A stretch of 64,000 bases of DNA from Marsupella aquatica. Its lineage: Eukaryota > Plantae > Marchantiophyta. Below the pieces are notes generated by a model. The model made no database searches. It had not been told where the DNA came from and saw only the letters and a program-made list of their open reading frames with translations. The position numbers and the translations under genes are program-made. Below, one piece after another: positions 1-13,233 of the stretch. Every line of letters begins with the position of its first letter. The first letter of the stretch is position 1. The stretch spans positions 24,789,520-24,853,519 of the forward strand of contig OZ316893.1 in assembly GCA_973895155.1 (NCBI GenBank), in the 5' to 3' direction.

Positions 1-450
1 AGGTAGCTGCCAGACCGACTGAGAGAACAACGAGAGCGGACACGAGCAAAATCGAAACAATTCTACGGAGAGCAATATTCATTGTGTTGCATGAATATTT
101 GAATCGTGCAAGACACGAATCATTTGTACAGAAAAATTAAATGTTTCTGTGGACAATGAATCACAATAACATGTGTATCCAGTTAAATATTCTAAGGATA
201 AAAAATAAGTGTGGGAGTGATACTCTGTTGCGAAGCATTTCCCCCTGCTTGACATTTGAGAGGCCGTCTAGAACTTCTTTTTTTGACCGATCACCTTGAC
301 TGTAAACTCATCACAAGAGAAAAGAGACATTCTGACAGATATTACAAGTTGTTATATAGTTACAAATACTTGTGACAGAAAGGGCCCTGCTCCAGCCGGC
401 GAAAGGGAACACGAATGGTCATGAAAATGGCTCGAACAAGGAATCCTAAA

Positions 451-3402
451 TCAAACTACGAGTAATTCCGGTTTCAATGAAGTGTCGTCAAGTAGAACTC
501 CCCATTGGAGCTGGGCCTGACCTTCAAGCTCATCTGTGTCTCGGACAATGACTCGGTTTGGAAGAATGATTGCTGCTATGGGCAAATCATCCATGCCTCC
601 ACTTTCGTCGATTATGAGCCTCAGACCGTCCACATGCAGAGCACCGTGGTGACCACTTACTAGCAATACCCTCTTTTCAGCCAATTCCTGCGGACATCAT
701 TCACGCAAAGGAATTAGCAAGCTAATATGCCATGCAAGGAACTCCAGCCCAAGAAGTCAATCAACACCAAGACCTAGCAACTGACGTATTTCATGCCTAC
801 GTCATCAGATATCATTCGGTATTTAATCCCAGAAGTTTAGCCCCACAAATTCCAGCTTTAGTTCCAGTTGACTACTCATTTGGCATTTCAAATATCAGAG
901 ACAGCATTGGGGTCAATTTGAGAAATACCGGGCAAAGTCATGAACCAAAATGCACATATCGTTAGATATTGTGATGAAATTTCAAGTAATCTTACTTGAA
1001 ATGTGGGACAGGACAGTGGAGTGATTGAGAACAAGGCGCAAAGTAATGAGCTGATGTTGGGAGTCATGGACACTAAAATGCACCAAACCTTGGATAATGT
1101 AGTGGATCTTGCAGAGAAATAACTCCAATTAACCTTAGCAACGACGAGAAGGCCAAATAGAATATTCTACTGGCTTACGATCACATTTCTGCTGAGTTCA
1201 CACACGTCCAGAATTTCTAATTTCGGGTTTGTGACTTCTTTGAAACTGAATTCATTCGAACGAAGGTATTCTACTGATATAGCTAAGCTGTACTCATCCA
1301 AAAATATCTGCCAACCCGTGTGACACAGCTTAAGGGATAGAAGCATAATCCTAAATTAAGCCATTGAATTACAAAGACCGAGTTTGAACTCAGGGTGAAG
1401 CAGGATCTGTCATCTCACAAGATGACAATGAATACCTGCATTGACGTTAAAGGGCACATAATGGGAGACGCGGAATTGAACTACAGTAGCTCTACGGTAA
1501 AAGGGGGTTGATGTCCACAATTCAGGTGACTGTCCTTGTACGCCAGGGAACTACACATCGAAACATGAGTTCGTGGAGCTAACCTTAGGAATGTCCCACA
1601 CATTCTTTCTGCCATACAGTGTCTCCAATCGAGGTATTGTTGCATCTTTCCGTTTTAGATCCGCAATCTGGTCCTCTATAGGCTTTCCCTTCTCTATCCC
1701 AGCATGTACTGCTATCAATTTGCTGTAACTTGTTTCAAAAGTGCCAGTCTCTTCTCCATCCTGCAGCATTAGAGTACAATGTGATTACCAGACCAATGAC
1801 ATATAGTTTTAGCTCTCCAATCATGCTAGGTGTCATGCTAATGAGGCCAGTACTTACCATCTCTCAGAACTTCGAAAATTGTAACAAGAATTAAATGTGC
1901 GGCATCTCTTAAGATTTTAAAATTGTGACAAAGACTAATGAATGCGCTATCTCTCAAGATGCTAGAAATTGTAACAGTTATTACAAAATGAGAAGGTTTT
2001 AATTAGTGACGATAAAACAGATGAGCATTTAGGCAAGTAACTTGATGACTTGATCAAGCTCTATCGCAACGATATCACATTAACAGTTTCAATTTCAACG
2101 CTGCAGAGCCCATCAGATTTAGGTCTGCCCAATAATTCAAGAGAGATAGAGCAAGAGAACCTGCTCGTGGATCCAGACGAGGTCTTGCAGAAACTTCTTA
2201 TGATGATCAGGAACTGCAGCTATTAAACCTGGCAGCACAGACGGCCTGAATTCAATGCTTCCCATCAGGATATACTCCCATACTTGCAGAAAACGAGCGA
2301 AATCCAATTAAGAAGGAGCAAAAGAAGAGATTTCTTGTATCAAAGTCGAAACTACTTGATTGGTCATTTATTCGGAGAGATTCATGCACAACTTCACCCT
2401 CAACTGGCTATTTCAGTCGCTTTCCACCCTACTAGCCAACAAGGCTATACGACGGCCACCACAGATTAATCTCACTTACGCAATCTAGTAAAATTGCAAC
2501 CGTTCACAAATTTGGTGAAGCACTATCTTCTTCGACTTCCTTTTGTGACTTCAATGATTCGAGCCTCTGCTAGCTCTAAGTTTAGTTTTGGAAACAACTG
2601 ACAGTGGATTACAGCCCTCTGATATCAACCCAGCTGCTGCTCCTCGTTGCATTGCAATTAAGTCCTAGTTTTTCCGACTTCAAGTACGTTGCAGAGCACG
2701 TATGCATAACAATGAGCCTGAGAACGGTAGAGGACAGTCTCCCTACAGAGTGGCACATGGATAAGAAGAAGAAACTAATAAATTTTACAAATGCACTGTC
2801 CAGGATTAAGATCCATTGAAGATTAGATTCTGCGCCACGAGACAACCCAGACACATGAAAGATCGCATCGTGAATTTACCTTCGCGGTTACCGTGAGCTA
2901 CTCCATAAGACTCGAAAGTGGGGGCAGCATCGTATGTGGAGCCTTTGTAAAGCATTCCTTTGGCAAGATTCATTTTGGTTTTAATATGACCAGCCCAACG
3001 CCTCCCTTGCACATGGACCTCATCCTGCCCGGGGCCACTCCACCACCCTTCTCTATCCTCGTTTTGAATGTACTCGTTCCAGGTGCTTGAGAAGGAAAAA
3101 TCTGGAGGAGGGGTCGGCAGAATTCCCAAACAAGCCATGAAAGCGAAGTCATGGTTGCCCGCCAGAAACACAAGCGTCTGCTCCGGGTATTTTTTAGGAA
3201 GAGAGATTAGAAAATCGAGAACCCCTTTCGCATCATGTCCCCTGTCATTGTAGTCACCTAGAAAAATCACGGTGCTGGAGAGGAACGCAGCTGACCCAAT
3301 TCTCAACTCTAAGTTTCGCCACAGCTTCTTCAGCCTCTCTGTGTGCCCATGAATATCTCCCACACATATTGTAAACTTTTTGGGCCCCCCCAACTCCCCC
3401 AT
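451..3402 (-). CDS. RLPH2: Rhizobiales-like PPP metallophosphatase (RLPH-type protein phosphatase), 4 exons, ~334 aa
   Basis: GT-AG exons 3402-2880, 2228-2161, 1760-1584 and 687-451 join in frame (1005 nt). Calcineurin-like motifs GDIHG, GDYNDRG, GNHD, VHAG and SGHH, plus RLPH-typical QGRRW...[16 protein letters not shown] and IIDESGG. Confidence 0.9.
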
Positions 3403-5671
3403 TCCACCCTTCCTCGCTCTCGCTCCTCTGGAAGTAAGTAGGTGAAACTCTCTCAGCAGATCCTTTCTTTTGTGGAACACTAGCTTCTCCACTAACAACA
3501 GTACAACCAACCCACCTTCATTCGAACACTCCCTCTCTCTTTCAGATTCTCTGTGGCAATCTCTGACCTCTCGATTTGATTTCTTCTCGATTGGTGGTTC
3601 TCGAGCTCGGGTTTTCTCTCTGAAGGTATGATGATGTCAAAAATGATTCGTCGTTTTCTGCTGGCGCTCAAGATCACATTCTTTGTGGGATTGAGGTGCA
3701 TGCCCACCAGATTTGGACACACGAGGGTGATGAGCCTCTGATCTTCCCATTCTTCCGCTTCGTCAATCTCCGGATGGCGCAGTGATTCGTCCCAATGATT
3801 CGTCCCAATTGGCAGGGCTCTGAGGACCACTCATGGAGTCAAGCTCTTCTATCCCATCTCCTAATGTCTTTCCCTGTTCCCCCCTTTTTATTGGGTTATT
3901 AGACTTTGGGACAAGTTTGGACTCTTCCCCCTTTATTGGGTTTTTGGTGCCTTTATTGGGTTTTTAGTCTTTGGGTTTTTAGTCCTTGGGACAAGTTTGG
4001 ATTTAACAGGGCCCCTCTCGCATCTTGTGGACTTAAACTGCCACTAGCCATACAAAAGGGGGAAGTGTCGAAGACATCTCTCTTTTTCACTTGCCTCTCA
4101 TTCTTCTCCTCTCCTGTTCCATATTGCTGCACAAATTCAAGAAAGTATACTATTTATGGTGAAACCTGGTGAACCAAGTTTTAGTCATGGCTAGTGGTGG
4201 AGATCACTGCCTGTCTTGCATGTGCCATAGTACTGAAAAATGCGGCCCTTTCAACTCCTGAACTGTCGGCAAAAAAGTGACATACAAATCTACACACAAT
4301 TGGCTATGGCAACTATTTCATTTTGTTTTATATGAGATTGCAAGGTTGGGACAGCAAGCGCCACAAACGTTGCGGCTCTTGCCCTTGAAAGTGCACTTGT
4401 TAGCCATGAGGACTGACTCAAGCAAGGGGCAAGGCGGGAAATTGTTGGTTAGTCCCATGGTTCCACCTTATCGCACTTAGGGTTGATTATTTCAGGACCC
4501 TCACATGCAAGACAGCCCTAAGGCTTAACCGGCTCCTATCAGTGTGCACTGTGGTGTATTCTTCTGGGGTCCTTCCTAACTCTTTGCTGAGCAGTGTTAC
4601 ATGAACATGTGCAACACCACACTGTACAGCCCAGTGAGTAGAGCACAGTACTGCACATACAACGGCAGTTTACCTCCGCTAAAAGTTTTTGTGTGGCCAA
4701 AGGAGTGGAAATTTGGAAGGAAATTTGGGCGTCACCGCCGCAAAGTTTTCAAATATAGGAATAGCCGCTGAAAAACTTAATTCTTGTGAATTTGAGTGCA
4801 GTTGGCCCTATCTGTCCTGTGTCAATAATATGTTGTCATATTAGTCAAGGCGCTATAGAAATACTAAAGGCCCCACAATCATTGCCGACAACCATCACTC
4901 CACAGTCCCGCGTCTCATCACTCAACAGCATTTTTGCGTCCTCCTTGCCCCTCAGACCAATGCTTCCCTGCCCTCACTGCCAAGCTTACATCCATGCCTC
5001 ATAGTAAAGCTTACTCCACACCCTAACACCCTAAACCCTGCGTCATAAACAGACCTCCACTAACAGTTTGCCAGCTCCACCCTACTGTGTGCACTACTGC
5101 GATGAACTTAGTATGTTCCTCCATATGGAATCTGCGATGAACTTAGTATGTTCCTCGAGTTGTTCCTCCATATGGAATCTGTGTTAGACGGAGCCCAGAA
5201 GAACACTTGACGGTGCACAATAATAGGGGCCCGGTTAAGTCCTAAGATGATCTTGCTGGAGTATTAAGTCCACAATATTGTGAATGGAGGAACCAAAAAC
5301 AAACAAGTTTGAGAGACTCAAGAGTCGTGAAAGACATTCAAAGTGTATGGTGGGTCTGAACTCTTTATTATACTCAAGGGTCTCAATCCAAGGGGTGTCC
5401 CATATCACGCGTGAGGTTTTGGGGGACCTATATAGGTGAATGAAATGAGTTCAACAGTCAATCTAAAATCCTGGTTGAGTGATCTTGGTCTGAGCTAGAC
5501 TTTTCTAGTCCAGCCGTCTTATTAAGACCATTTGCACTCTCAAATTTAGAGTCTGTTGTTTGACTTAGCTTCATGCACGCTCAAATCAAGACTTCTTTTG
5601 TTGGCTCAATTTAGCCCAAGAGTCAATCTAGACAAGAAGGAGCGGTCTGAGTTTGAGTCTTAGCTCAGTCC

Positions 5672-6015
5672 TGTTGAGCATAGACGACATTCGCAACTGC
5701 AAGCCCATGAACCATCCAATGTACAAGAGTCGACATAGAGAGATACGCGGGTCACCTCCACATGAGGCTACGTCCACGGCAACACACGAGAGCTTTACTG
5801 CACTCTAGGCCGACCGGCCATACCAAGCATCCACAGTGCAAGCTCTCCTTATCTCTCAACTAGCTCCGTAACAATGAGCCTAAGTTCCACCAAGGGCTGG
5901 CACTAGCCCTGGAAATATACACAACAACACTATTGCTAACATTAGCTAAGTCCTAACCCGAGTTAGCCTAACTATGGTTAGCTCATGAGTCACAAGACTA
6001 GAACAATATCTAACA
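5672..6015 (-). repeat. 3' LTR of copia element
   Basis: Direct repeat of 12890-13233 with about 20 substitutions counted by eye (~94% identity). Confidence 0.97.
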
Positions 6016-6017
6016 AA

Positions 6018-6026
6018 CTCCCCCTT
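6018..6026 (-). promoter_or_regulatory. Polypurine tract of copia element
   Basis: AAGGGGGAG on the minus strand, 2 nt from the 3' LTR. Confidence 0.85.
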
Positions 6027-6222
6027 GACTCTTGTCTTGGGGACTGGACTAATTGCAACCATATGGAATCCTCAGCAGGAAATTCTAGACAATCACCTAA
6101 ACAGGTCTCCCCCTAAAAACCACAAGGGTTAACTAAGGGTTAACTAGAACTAAGCCGTAGCCAAACTGGAATAAGTAATCCATATACAAATAGTCACACA
6201 TTGCTAGATAACTCTATTTGCG

Positions 6223-9200
6223 TTACAATTGCAAAACCTGTAAAGTAGCACAGTGTCTTGAGAAACTCTCCAAAGGAATCACTTTGGTAAAGGCATCAGC
6301 GGGATTGAGCTTTCCATCAATCTTGACTAGCTCAAAAGTTTTATCAGACACTGCTTGCCTGATAACATGGTACTTGATATCAATGTGCTTCACCCTACTA
6401 TCCATCACCTGGTTAGCAGCCAAGCGAAGAGCACTCTGACTGTCACAGTTTAGAGATATTTTGCCATGCTCTAAACCCATCTCCGCGATCAACTTGTCCA
6501 ACCAAATTGCTTCCTTTGTTGCTTCTGCTACTGCAACATACTCTGCTTTCGTAGTAGACTGAGATATACACTTTTGCAAGGTAGATTTTCAACTAATACA
6601 TCCTCCTTCAAGAGTAAATACAAACCCAGTTGTAGACCTTCTTGTATCCAGACAGTCTCCATAGTCAGAATCTACATAGCCAACTAATGTTCTATCTGAT
6701 CTGACATCAAATAGTAATCCATAGTCCTGTGTACCCTTCAGATACCTGAGAATCCATTTCACAGCTTCCCAATGTACCTTCCCTGGATTTGACATGAATC
6801 TGCTAACCTTGCCCATTGCTAGGGCCAAGTCAGGCCTAGTACAAGTCATCAAATACATCAGACTGCCTACTGCCTACTGCCTTCTCATAAAGGAATCTTA
6901 GCCATCAAACCTTTCTCCACATCATCCGTAGGAGAGAAAGCCGATGATAACTCATTGGCTTACAATTTTCCATGTTGAATCGTGCAAGTACCTTCCTCGC
7001 ATACTTGCCTTGACTCAAGCACAACTGTCCAGTATCAAAGTTCCTAAAAATCTCCATCCTTAAGATTCTCTTGGCCTTACCAAGATCCTTCATCCTAAAT
7101 TCAGAACTCAATTTTGCCTTGAGTTTGTCAACCTCAGATTGATCTTTAGCCACAATCAACATGTCATCCACATAGATAACCAAAATAATGAAACCAAACA
7201 CATCATTCTTGATTGATTTTGTATACACACAAGGATCATACACCATCCTTGTAAAACCTTGAGCAAACATGAAATCATCAAACCGTTTGTTCCACTGTCT
7301 GGGAGCTTGCTTCAATCCATACAAGGACTTGAGCAATCTGCAAACTAAGTTCTCTTGGCCCTTCTTCATAAAGCCTAGTGGTTGTCTCATGAAGATCATC
7401 TCTTCCAAGTTGCCATAGAGAAAAGCAATAACAACATCCATCTGATCCATCACCAGACCAAAAAACACAACAAGCTGACACAAGATCCAAATTGTGGAAT
7501 ACTTAGCCACCGATGAAAAGACCTCATTATAATCCACTCCTTTCTCCTAAGTGAATCCCTTGGCAACAAGCCTTACCTTGTAGATCTTGTCTCCACCCTC
7601 TGAAGGACTGTCCTCGGGACTGTCCTTCAACTTGTAAATCCACTTGTTGTCCACCACTTGCTGACCTCTTGGAAGCTCCACCAGCTCCCATGTCTTGTTG
7701 CCACTCAAAGATTGCAACTCCCTCTACATTGCTGAATTCCACTCATGCTTCTGCTCTGAAGCACAAGCCTCATTGTACAAAGAAGGCTCTCCTTCTTCCA
7801 AGATCAAAGCCATATTATCATCATCAAGTGCAATGTCAATATCATCTAGCTTAGATGAGTCTGCCCATTGACCATACCTGGTAGGAGCTCTAGTAGAATG
7901 ACTGGAAGTTCTTCTAGTAGATGATTCAGGCTGATCTGTTGGTGCTGCTGGCTGAATTTGAGGTACCCAACAACAATCTGCTCCTCTTGTTCCAACACAT
8001 GAACCAGTTCCAAGCCCAGAGCTTCTCCATCTCTCCTGTCATGAACAACATCATGACTAATCTCCCCCTCAACCCGGTCCTGGATGAGAGATTTCCCCTT
8101 GTCAATATGGGAGTCCTAAGAACTCTCCCCCTCCTTTGATGATCTGGATTCATTAAAGGACACATCTCTATTGACAATTAGCTTACAGGTTACTGGATCC
8201 TATAATCTATAACCCTTCACACCTTTCTGATAGCCAAGGAAAATGCACTTCTTTGACTTGGACTCCAACTTGGACGAAGCTGGGAAGGTGTAAGCACATA
8301 AGCATCACATCCAAAAATCCTCACATGTGAGTAATTTACTGGACGCCCGTACCTCATTTCAAATGACGTCTTGAATCCAATAGAATTTGATGGAGAGAAA
8401 TTTACCAAATAAGCTGCAGTGTTGACAACTTCAGCCCAAAACTCATGTGGTAAGTGTGACACCTGAATTTTTCGCAAAATCAATGGAAGATGGAAATAAG
8501 ATGCAAAGTTCACGAATTAATTGCATTTTGGTAACCAAATGCCCAACTTTACCTTGCTGACAATACTTATGAAGGACGCTTCTGAGAGGTGTCCCATGGA
8601 GACCAAACTTATGTATTTTGAAGACAGATTTTTGTTACCCATTTACCCTAGTTATTTAGTGATCTTTTTCTACCTTAGTTTAGTACTCAATTTTTATTAT
8701 CTTTTTTCTAAGTTTTGAAAAGGCATGACTTTTCATTTCCCCTTTTTATGCTCCACTTAGACCTATAAGATTATTGTTTTCCTTTTTGTTTTTCAGTGAA
8801 ACTTGTATTCAGTATTGCAAACTTTTGCAAGTTTTCCTCCTTCCTTTGTAATCATTGCTTTCGAGAATGATTTATGAATGAAGTAAAACACTTCCTTTGT
8901 GATGTAATGAATTTATTTCAGAAGATTCCTGTTGGTGCCTGAGTTTTCATTACAGATTTCCAAGATCAGATGAATTCAAATTAGGATTGCTTGTGGGTCA
9001 AGAATCGCTAAGAATTCAATGATAAATGTGGATAAAAAGGAGCAAGATTCTGATTTCAGAATAATTAGTACCGTTACCCTTACTTTGGCATACCCACTAG
9101 TGATAGATCGCAGTTGCGTATCGCCGAAGTTCTATCCATGTTGACGGCATTTTAGTGAGTATCATTGTATCGGTCACCAGAAAGCTACTTTGGTGTTGGT

Positions 9201-10912
9201 GAGCATTTACCCTTTATGTTTATATTTTCATGGTGATGGAGAAGAGCAATTGAGGCGAGATTTGTTGCAATCTTGTTAACACAATAAGACCAGAATCCTT
9301 TTTGAAGGAGTGGCAGTGGAGATTCAATCCATTGGACCTTGGTTCTAAAAGCTTTTCCATAATCCATGACTTGGGAATTAATCTTTTCTGTTCATTTTGT
9401 TAGTTTATCCATTTGTTTCTCTTTTGTTTGAAGATTTGGTTGAGTGATACTCTAAAGTCTTCAAAACAGTTACAATCATTCAATCCATTCCTTTTCTGTT
9501 CTTAAAGGGATCGAAACCTTGGTCTTCAAGTGAAAAGTGTCACTTTTGATTCTTCTGGCTATACCACAGTAAGCATGATTGAATCAACATACTCCTCGAG
9601 GGATTAATAGTGTTTGGTTGAGTCTCCTCATGAGATAAGGTTACATTGGCTTCATCACAGACTACATTGCCCTCCAAAATGTATAGATTCTTATGTCTCT
9701 TTCCCTTCAATACAACTTTAGTACCAGTTGAAACCTGAAGGACACCATTAGCAGAACTCCACCGATGGTCATTTGCTTCTAAAACTCCAAGTGAAATAAG
9801 ATTTTTTATCATGCTGGGAATATATCTCATATTCCTCAACGTTCTCACAACATCATCAAACATCTGAAATCTAACAGATCCAAGTCCAACTACTTGACAT
9901 GGGATTCCATTTCCCATCAACACTGAACCGTTGGAAACCGTATAAGAACAGAAAAATATCTCCTAGAGCAAATGTGAAAGGTACATGCACTATCTAGAAT
10001 CCAGTCATCACTACCTAGATTTGACACTACGTTGAGAGCATAACCTTGGCATCACAATATGTCATCATCATCGAGTAAATGTACCTCATGTGAGCTTGAT
10101 GCCGCGTTAGCTGATGCAGTAGGGTCCTTTACTCGACAATCTCTTTTCATGTGGCCAGACTTGCCACATCTCCAACATGCAAGAGGCTTCCTCTCTTGCA
10201 ATTTTCCTCTGGATTTAGATCTCCCCCGTGATGTAGATCTAAATATGTTTTGCCCATTCGTGCGTTGCGTTGATCTTCCATGGTTCACATTCAACGCAGT
10301 ACCAGAAGAAGATGCTGTCTGTGCTTGACCCAGCTTCTTCTGAGCATCATCAGACAGTAACAAGCTCACCACCTCATTATACAAAATGGACTTCAGATCT
10401 CTGTACAAGAGCACCTATTTCAAGCCCTGATAAGATGGCGGTAAGGAGCTTACCAGAAGCAATGCCTTATCCTCATCTTCAACTCCCTTGCCCAGATTTG
10501 ACAGATCCATTGCAAGACTGTTAAACTCATCCAGGTTATCCTGCAGTTTGCTCCCTTCCTTGAGCCTGAGGCTCATCAAGAGAGACTTCTTGTACAGCCG
10601 GTTTGACGCATCTTCCCGGTAGTACTTCTCTCTTAGGGCCTTGAAAAGTGATGCGCAATCCGCATAATCATCCAACTTCTTGATGATGTGCGGCGTGAGA
10701 TAAAGCATCACTACATTGACAGCAATCACCTGCTCCTGTCTCCACTGCTTCTCTGAGATCTTCTCTTCTCCACCATACTGCTGTCGCGAAGAGAGCAGAT
10801 GAGCTAAGCCCATGGCCCGAAGAACACCCTTCACTTGCTTCTCCCAGAGCAAGTAATCAGTACGACCATCGTACTTTTCCACCTCAAACTTCACTCCTGC
10901 AAATCTAGCCAT
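6223..10912 (-). pseudogene. Copia gag-pol pseudogene (stops, frameshifts, integrase-core deletion, nested insertion)
   Basis: Gag start MARFAGVKFEVEKYDG, zinc knuckle CWRCGKSGHMKRDC, protease WILDSACTFHIC (~9970-10005), integrase tail LPHEFWAEVVNTAAYLVN, RT LYGLKQAPRQW and YVDDML, RNase H GYVDSDY, EYVA, CDSQSA and ADAFTK; split across many ORFs. Confidence 0.93.
8455..9568. mobile_element. Solo LTR (1114 bp) nested in the copia integrase
   Basis: TGTG..CACA termini with perfect 5-bp TSD GTAAG (8450-8454 and 9569-9573). Removing it restores the integrase peptide RSMLIQSCLPHEFWAE. Confidence 0.9.
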
Positions 10913-12875
10913 CTCTCTCTTCTTCCCCACTACCGATAGCTCTGGTAGTAGAACAGCTTCCTCCATTGCATGTCGCACCGGTGATCATACCGATGATACT
11001 TATTCCTCCTCAAACGGTAGCTGCTCCTCCTCAGACTCTCTGTCTGACCATCGCGATCCTGAAGCTCCACCGACGAAAATTCTTCCAGTATTCTCCGAGT
11101 CACTCATATGAAATAATCATGAAAAAACATTTTTTTTTGAAATTTCTCATAAAACTCAAAACTCAACACTGCCGCGTAGCCCACGAAGCTAGGAGTCCAA
11201 TACTGAAAGCCGAAATCAAAATCGAAATTCGACACAAAAGTTATTCAAAGTTTGGTATGGGTGGGTAAAACCTTGGGAAACTCCCCCGTTTTGATCACCT
11301 CAAAGAATAACCAAAATACCAAGTACAACCCGTCGTTGGAATTTCGATTTGATTGGTGCGCCACGTTGCTAACTCCAATGGCTATGACCTCGCCGAAAAA
11401 GAACCAAAAAAATTACCGTTCGGCGAGCAGAATCTTTGTCAGATGGCCAAAAAACAGTTCTTTGTTTTTTGGGAATATTCCCACACAGTCCAACAAGGCT
11501 CACAGGGGGCCGTTCCCCCTGTCAAAGCGATTAAAATAGAGGGCGACAGGTCCCGGCACAAAGGGAAAACAAGGAAAAGTAAAAAATGGCTAAAAATAGG
11601 GCCCTAAAGGGGGTCCAAACGCCCCTTAAAAACAAATACACCCTGTATGGGATCACAGCATACGCCCTTGGCAATACCCTGGCGGCTGCATACGCAGTCG
11701 CGTATGCGTAAGGGTACCACCGACCGGTAGAGGAGGCTTGAGGTGGTGAGGGAGGGCGACGGGGGTGCGGGGATCAAGTCAGGGCCGGCCGAAGGGTCGG
11801 CGAGGAGCTTGAGTGGGAGGGCAGGGCCTGCCGGAGGGAGCCCCCGGCTTGTATCAGCAGTAAAAGGCCGGGGGTCGCGGGTGTGTACGCAGGGCAGGTG
11901 AGGGGGCAGGGGCGCGCGGCGAAGGTCTGCCGGCAGCCCAAGGGTCGCGAATGGCCGGGGGGGGAGGAACGGGGAGCGGGGAGGGCATGGCCGGCCGGTC
12001 GCGTCCAAGGCGGGAGGGCAGCAGCTGCCGGGCGGCAGTAAATGCGCCGGCCGGCGTTGCGCAGGTCGTCGCGGCGGGAAAAAATGAAGTGCGGGCGGTG
12101 AAGGGGGAAAAAGATCGAGTATGCGGGGCCGGGGGAATATCGTGTGTGTGTATACACACAGTATATACTCAAAAGGGTGTGTTAAACCCCTTGAAAAGCA
12201 TAAATTAACCCCCCACCAAGAAAATGTCAATTTACACACCTTAACTGTTGCCGTTTCCAATGAGAAAAGTGAACGCCGCCGATGATAACTGTTGCCAAAT
12301 TGCACCGGTACAGTCTGCAACTCCAGTAGAGTAAAAAACTTTCGCCGCGTCGTCTTCACTCCGCATCAAGTGCCAATCCCGGACTCAAAACGACTGCCTC
12401 ACCGCAATCAAACCGTTGAGCCGTAGCACTTTGCGAGTCGAATATCACGAAGAGAAATCCGCTTCAGATGGGAACAAGCTCCATAGCTTGTGAAAAAACC
12501 TGAATGCCTCCTTCACTTGTCACGTCGCACTCGGTAACAACTTGACAGCAAATCAGCTACCCAAATGACCAGCTCGCTTCAACCTTCAACTTGACCTATA
12601 ATGTGCAATCTCCCAATCACCGCACAGCTCATACCGTTGAAAAACGCAAACTCTGGTCTCTCTCCCGAAATACCATCAAACACGAATAAACCCTAAACGA
12701 CGCAAAACTTTGATTCTTCTGCACCACGGATATCGATCAGCGAGTTCTAACCACCGTTAGAAAACCCTCTCACTAACCTATTCGCTCAGCCACACACATT
12801 CGAGTTTCATGCGATGAAACTCTGAATGTGTCACCGACACTGAACGCTGGAAAAACCTCGTCACCTCCCAGGCAT

Positions 12876-12887
12876 GTTCTGATACCA
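12876..12887 (-). promoter_or_regulatory. Primer-binding site (initiator tRNA-Met)
   Basis: TGGTATCAGAAC on the minus strand, 2 nt from the 5' LTR; consensus is TGGTATCAGAGC. Confidence 0.88.
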
Positions 12888-12889
12888 CT

Positions 12890-13233
12890 TGTTGAGCATA
12901 GACGACATTTGCAACTGCAAGCCCATGAACCATCCAACGTATAAGAGTCGACACAGAGAGATACGTGGTTCACCTCCACATGAGGCTACGTCCACGGGAA
13001 CACACAAGAGCTTTACTGCACTCTAGGCCGACCGGCCATACCAAGCATCCACAGTGCAAGCTCTCCTTATCTCTCAACTAGCTCCATAACAATGAGCCTA
13101 AGTTCCACCAGGGTCTGGCATCAGTCTTGACAATATACACAACAACACTATCGCTAACATTAGCTAAGTCCTAACCTGAGTTAGCCTAACTATGGTTAGC
13201 TCATGAGTCACAAGACTAGAGCAATATCTAACA
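12890..13233 (-). repeat. 5' LTR of copia element
   Basis: Direct repeat of 5672-6015, followed by TSD AGTCC. Confidence 0.97.

Larger units (their letters stand above)
5672..13233 (-). mobile_element. Full-length degenerate Ty1/copia LTR retrotransposon
   Basis: 344-bp TG..CA LTRs at 5672-6015 and 12890-13233, perfect 5-bp TSD AGTCC, Met-initiator PBS next to the 5' LTR, PPT next to the 3' LTR, domain order gag-PR-INT-RT-RH. Confidence 0.97.

Noticed and set aside
2806-3510. ORF-track N-terminal extension and C-terminal tail of the phosphatase first exon
   Set aside because: Family similarity starts at Met 3402 and ends at the splice donor at 2879; the extensions are UTR and intron read-through.
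11604-12359. Long overlapping Pro/Arg/Ala-rich ORFs
   Set aside because: Expected from stop-codon scarcity in a GC-rich island within the copia leader; no domain recognised.
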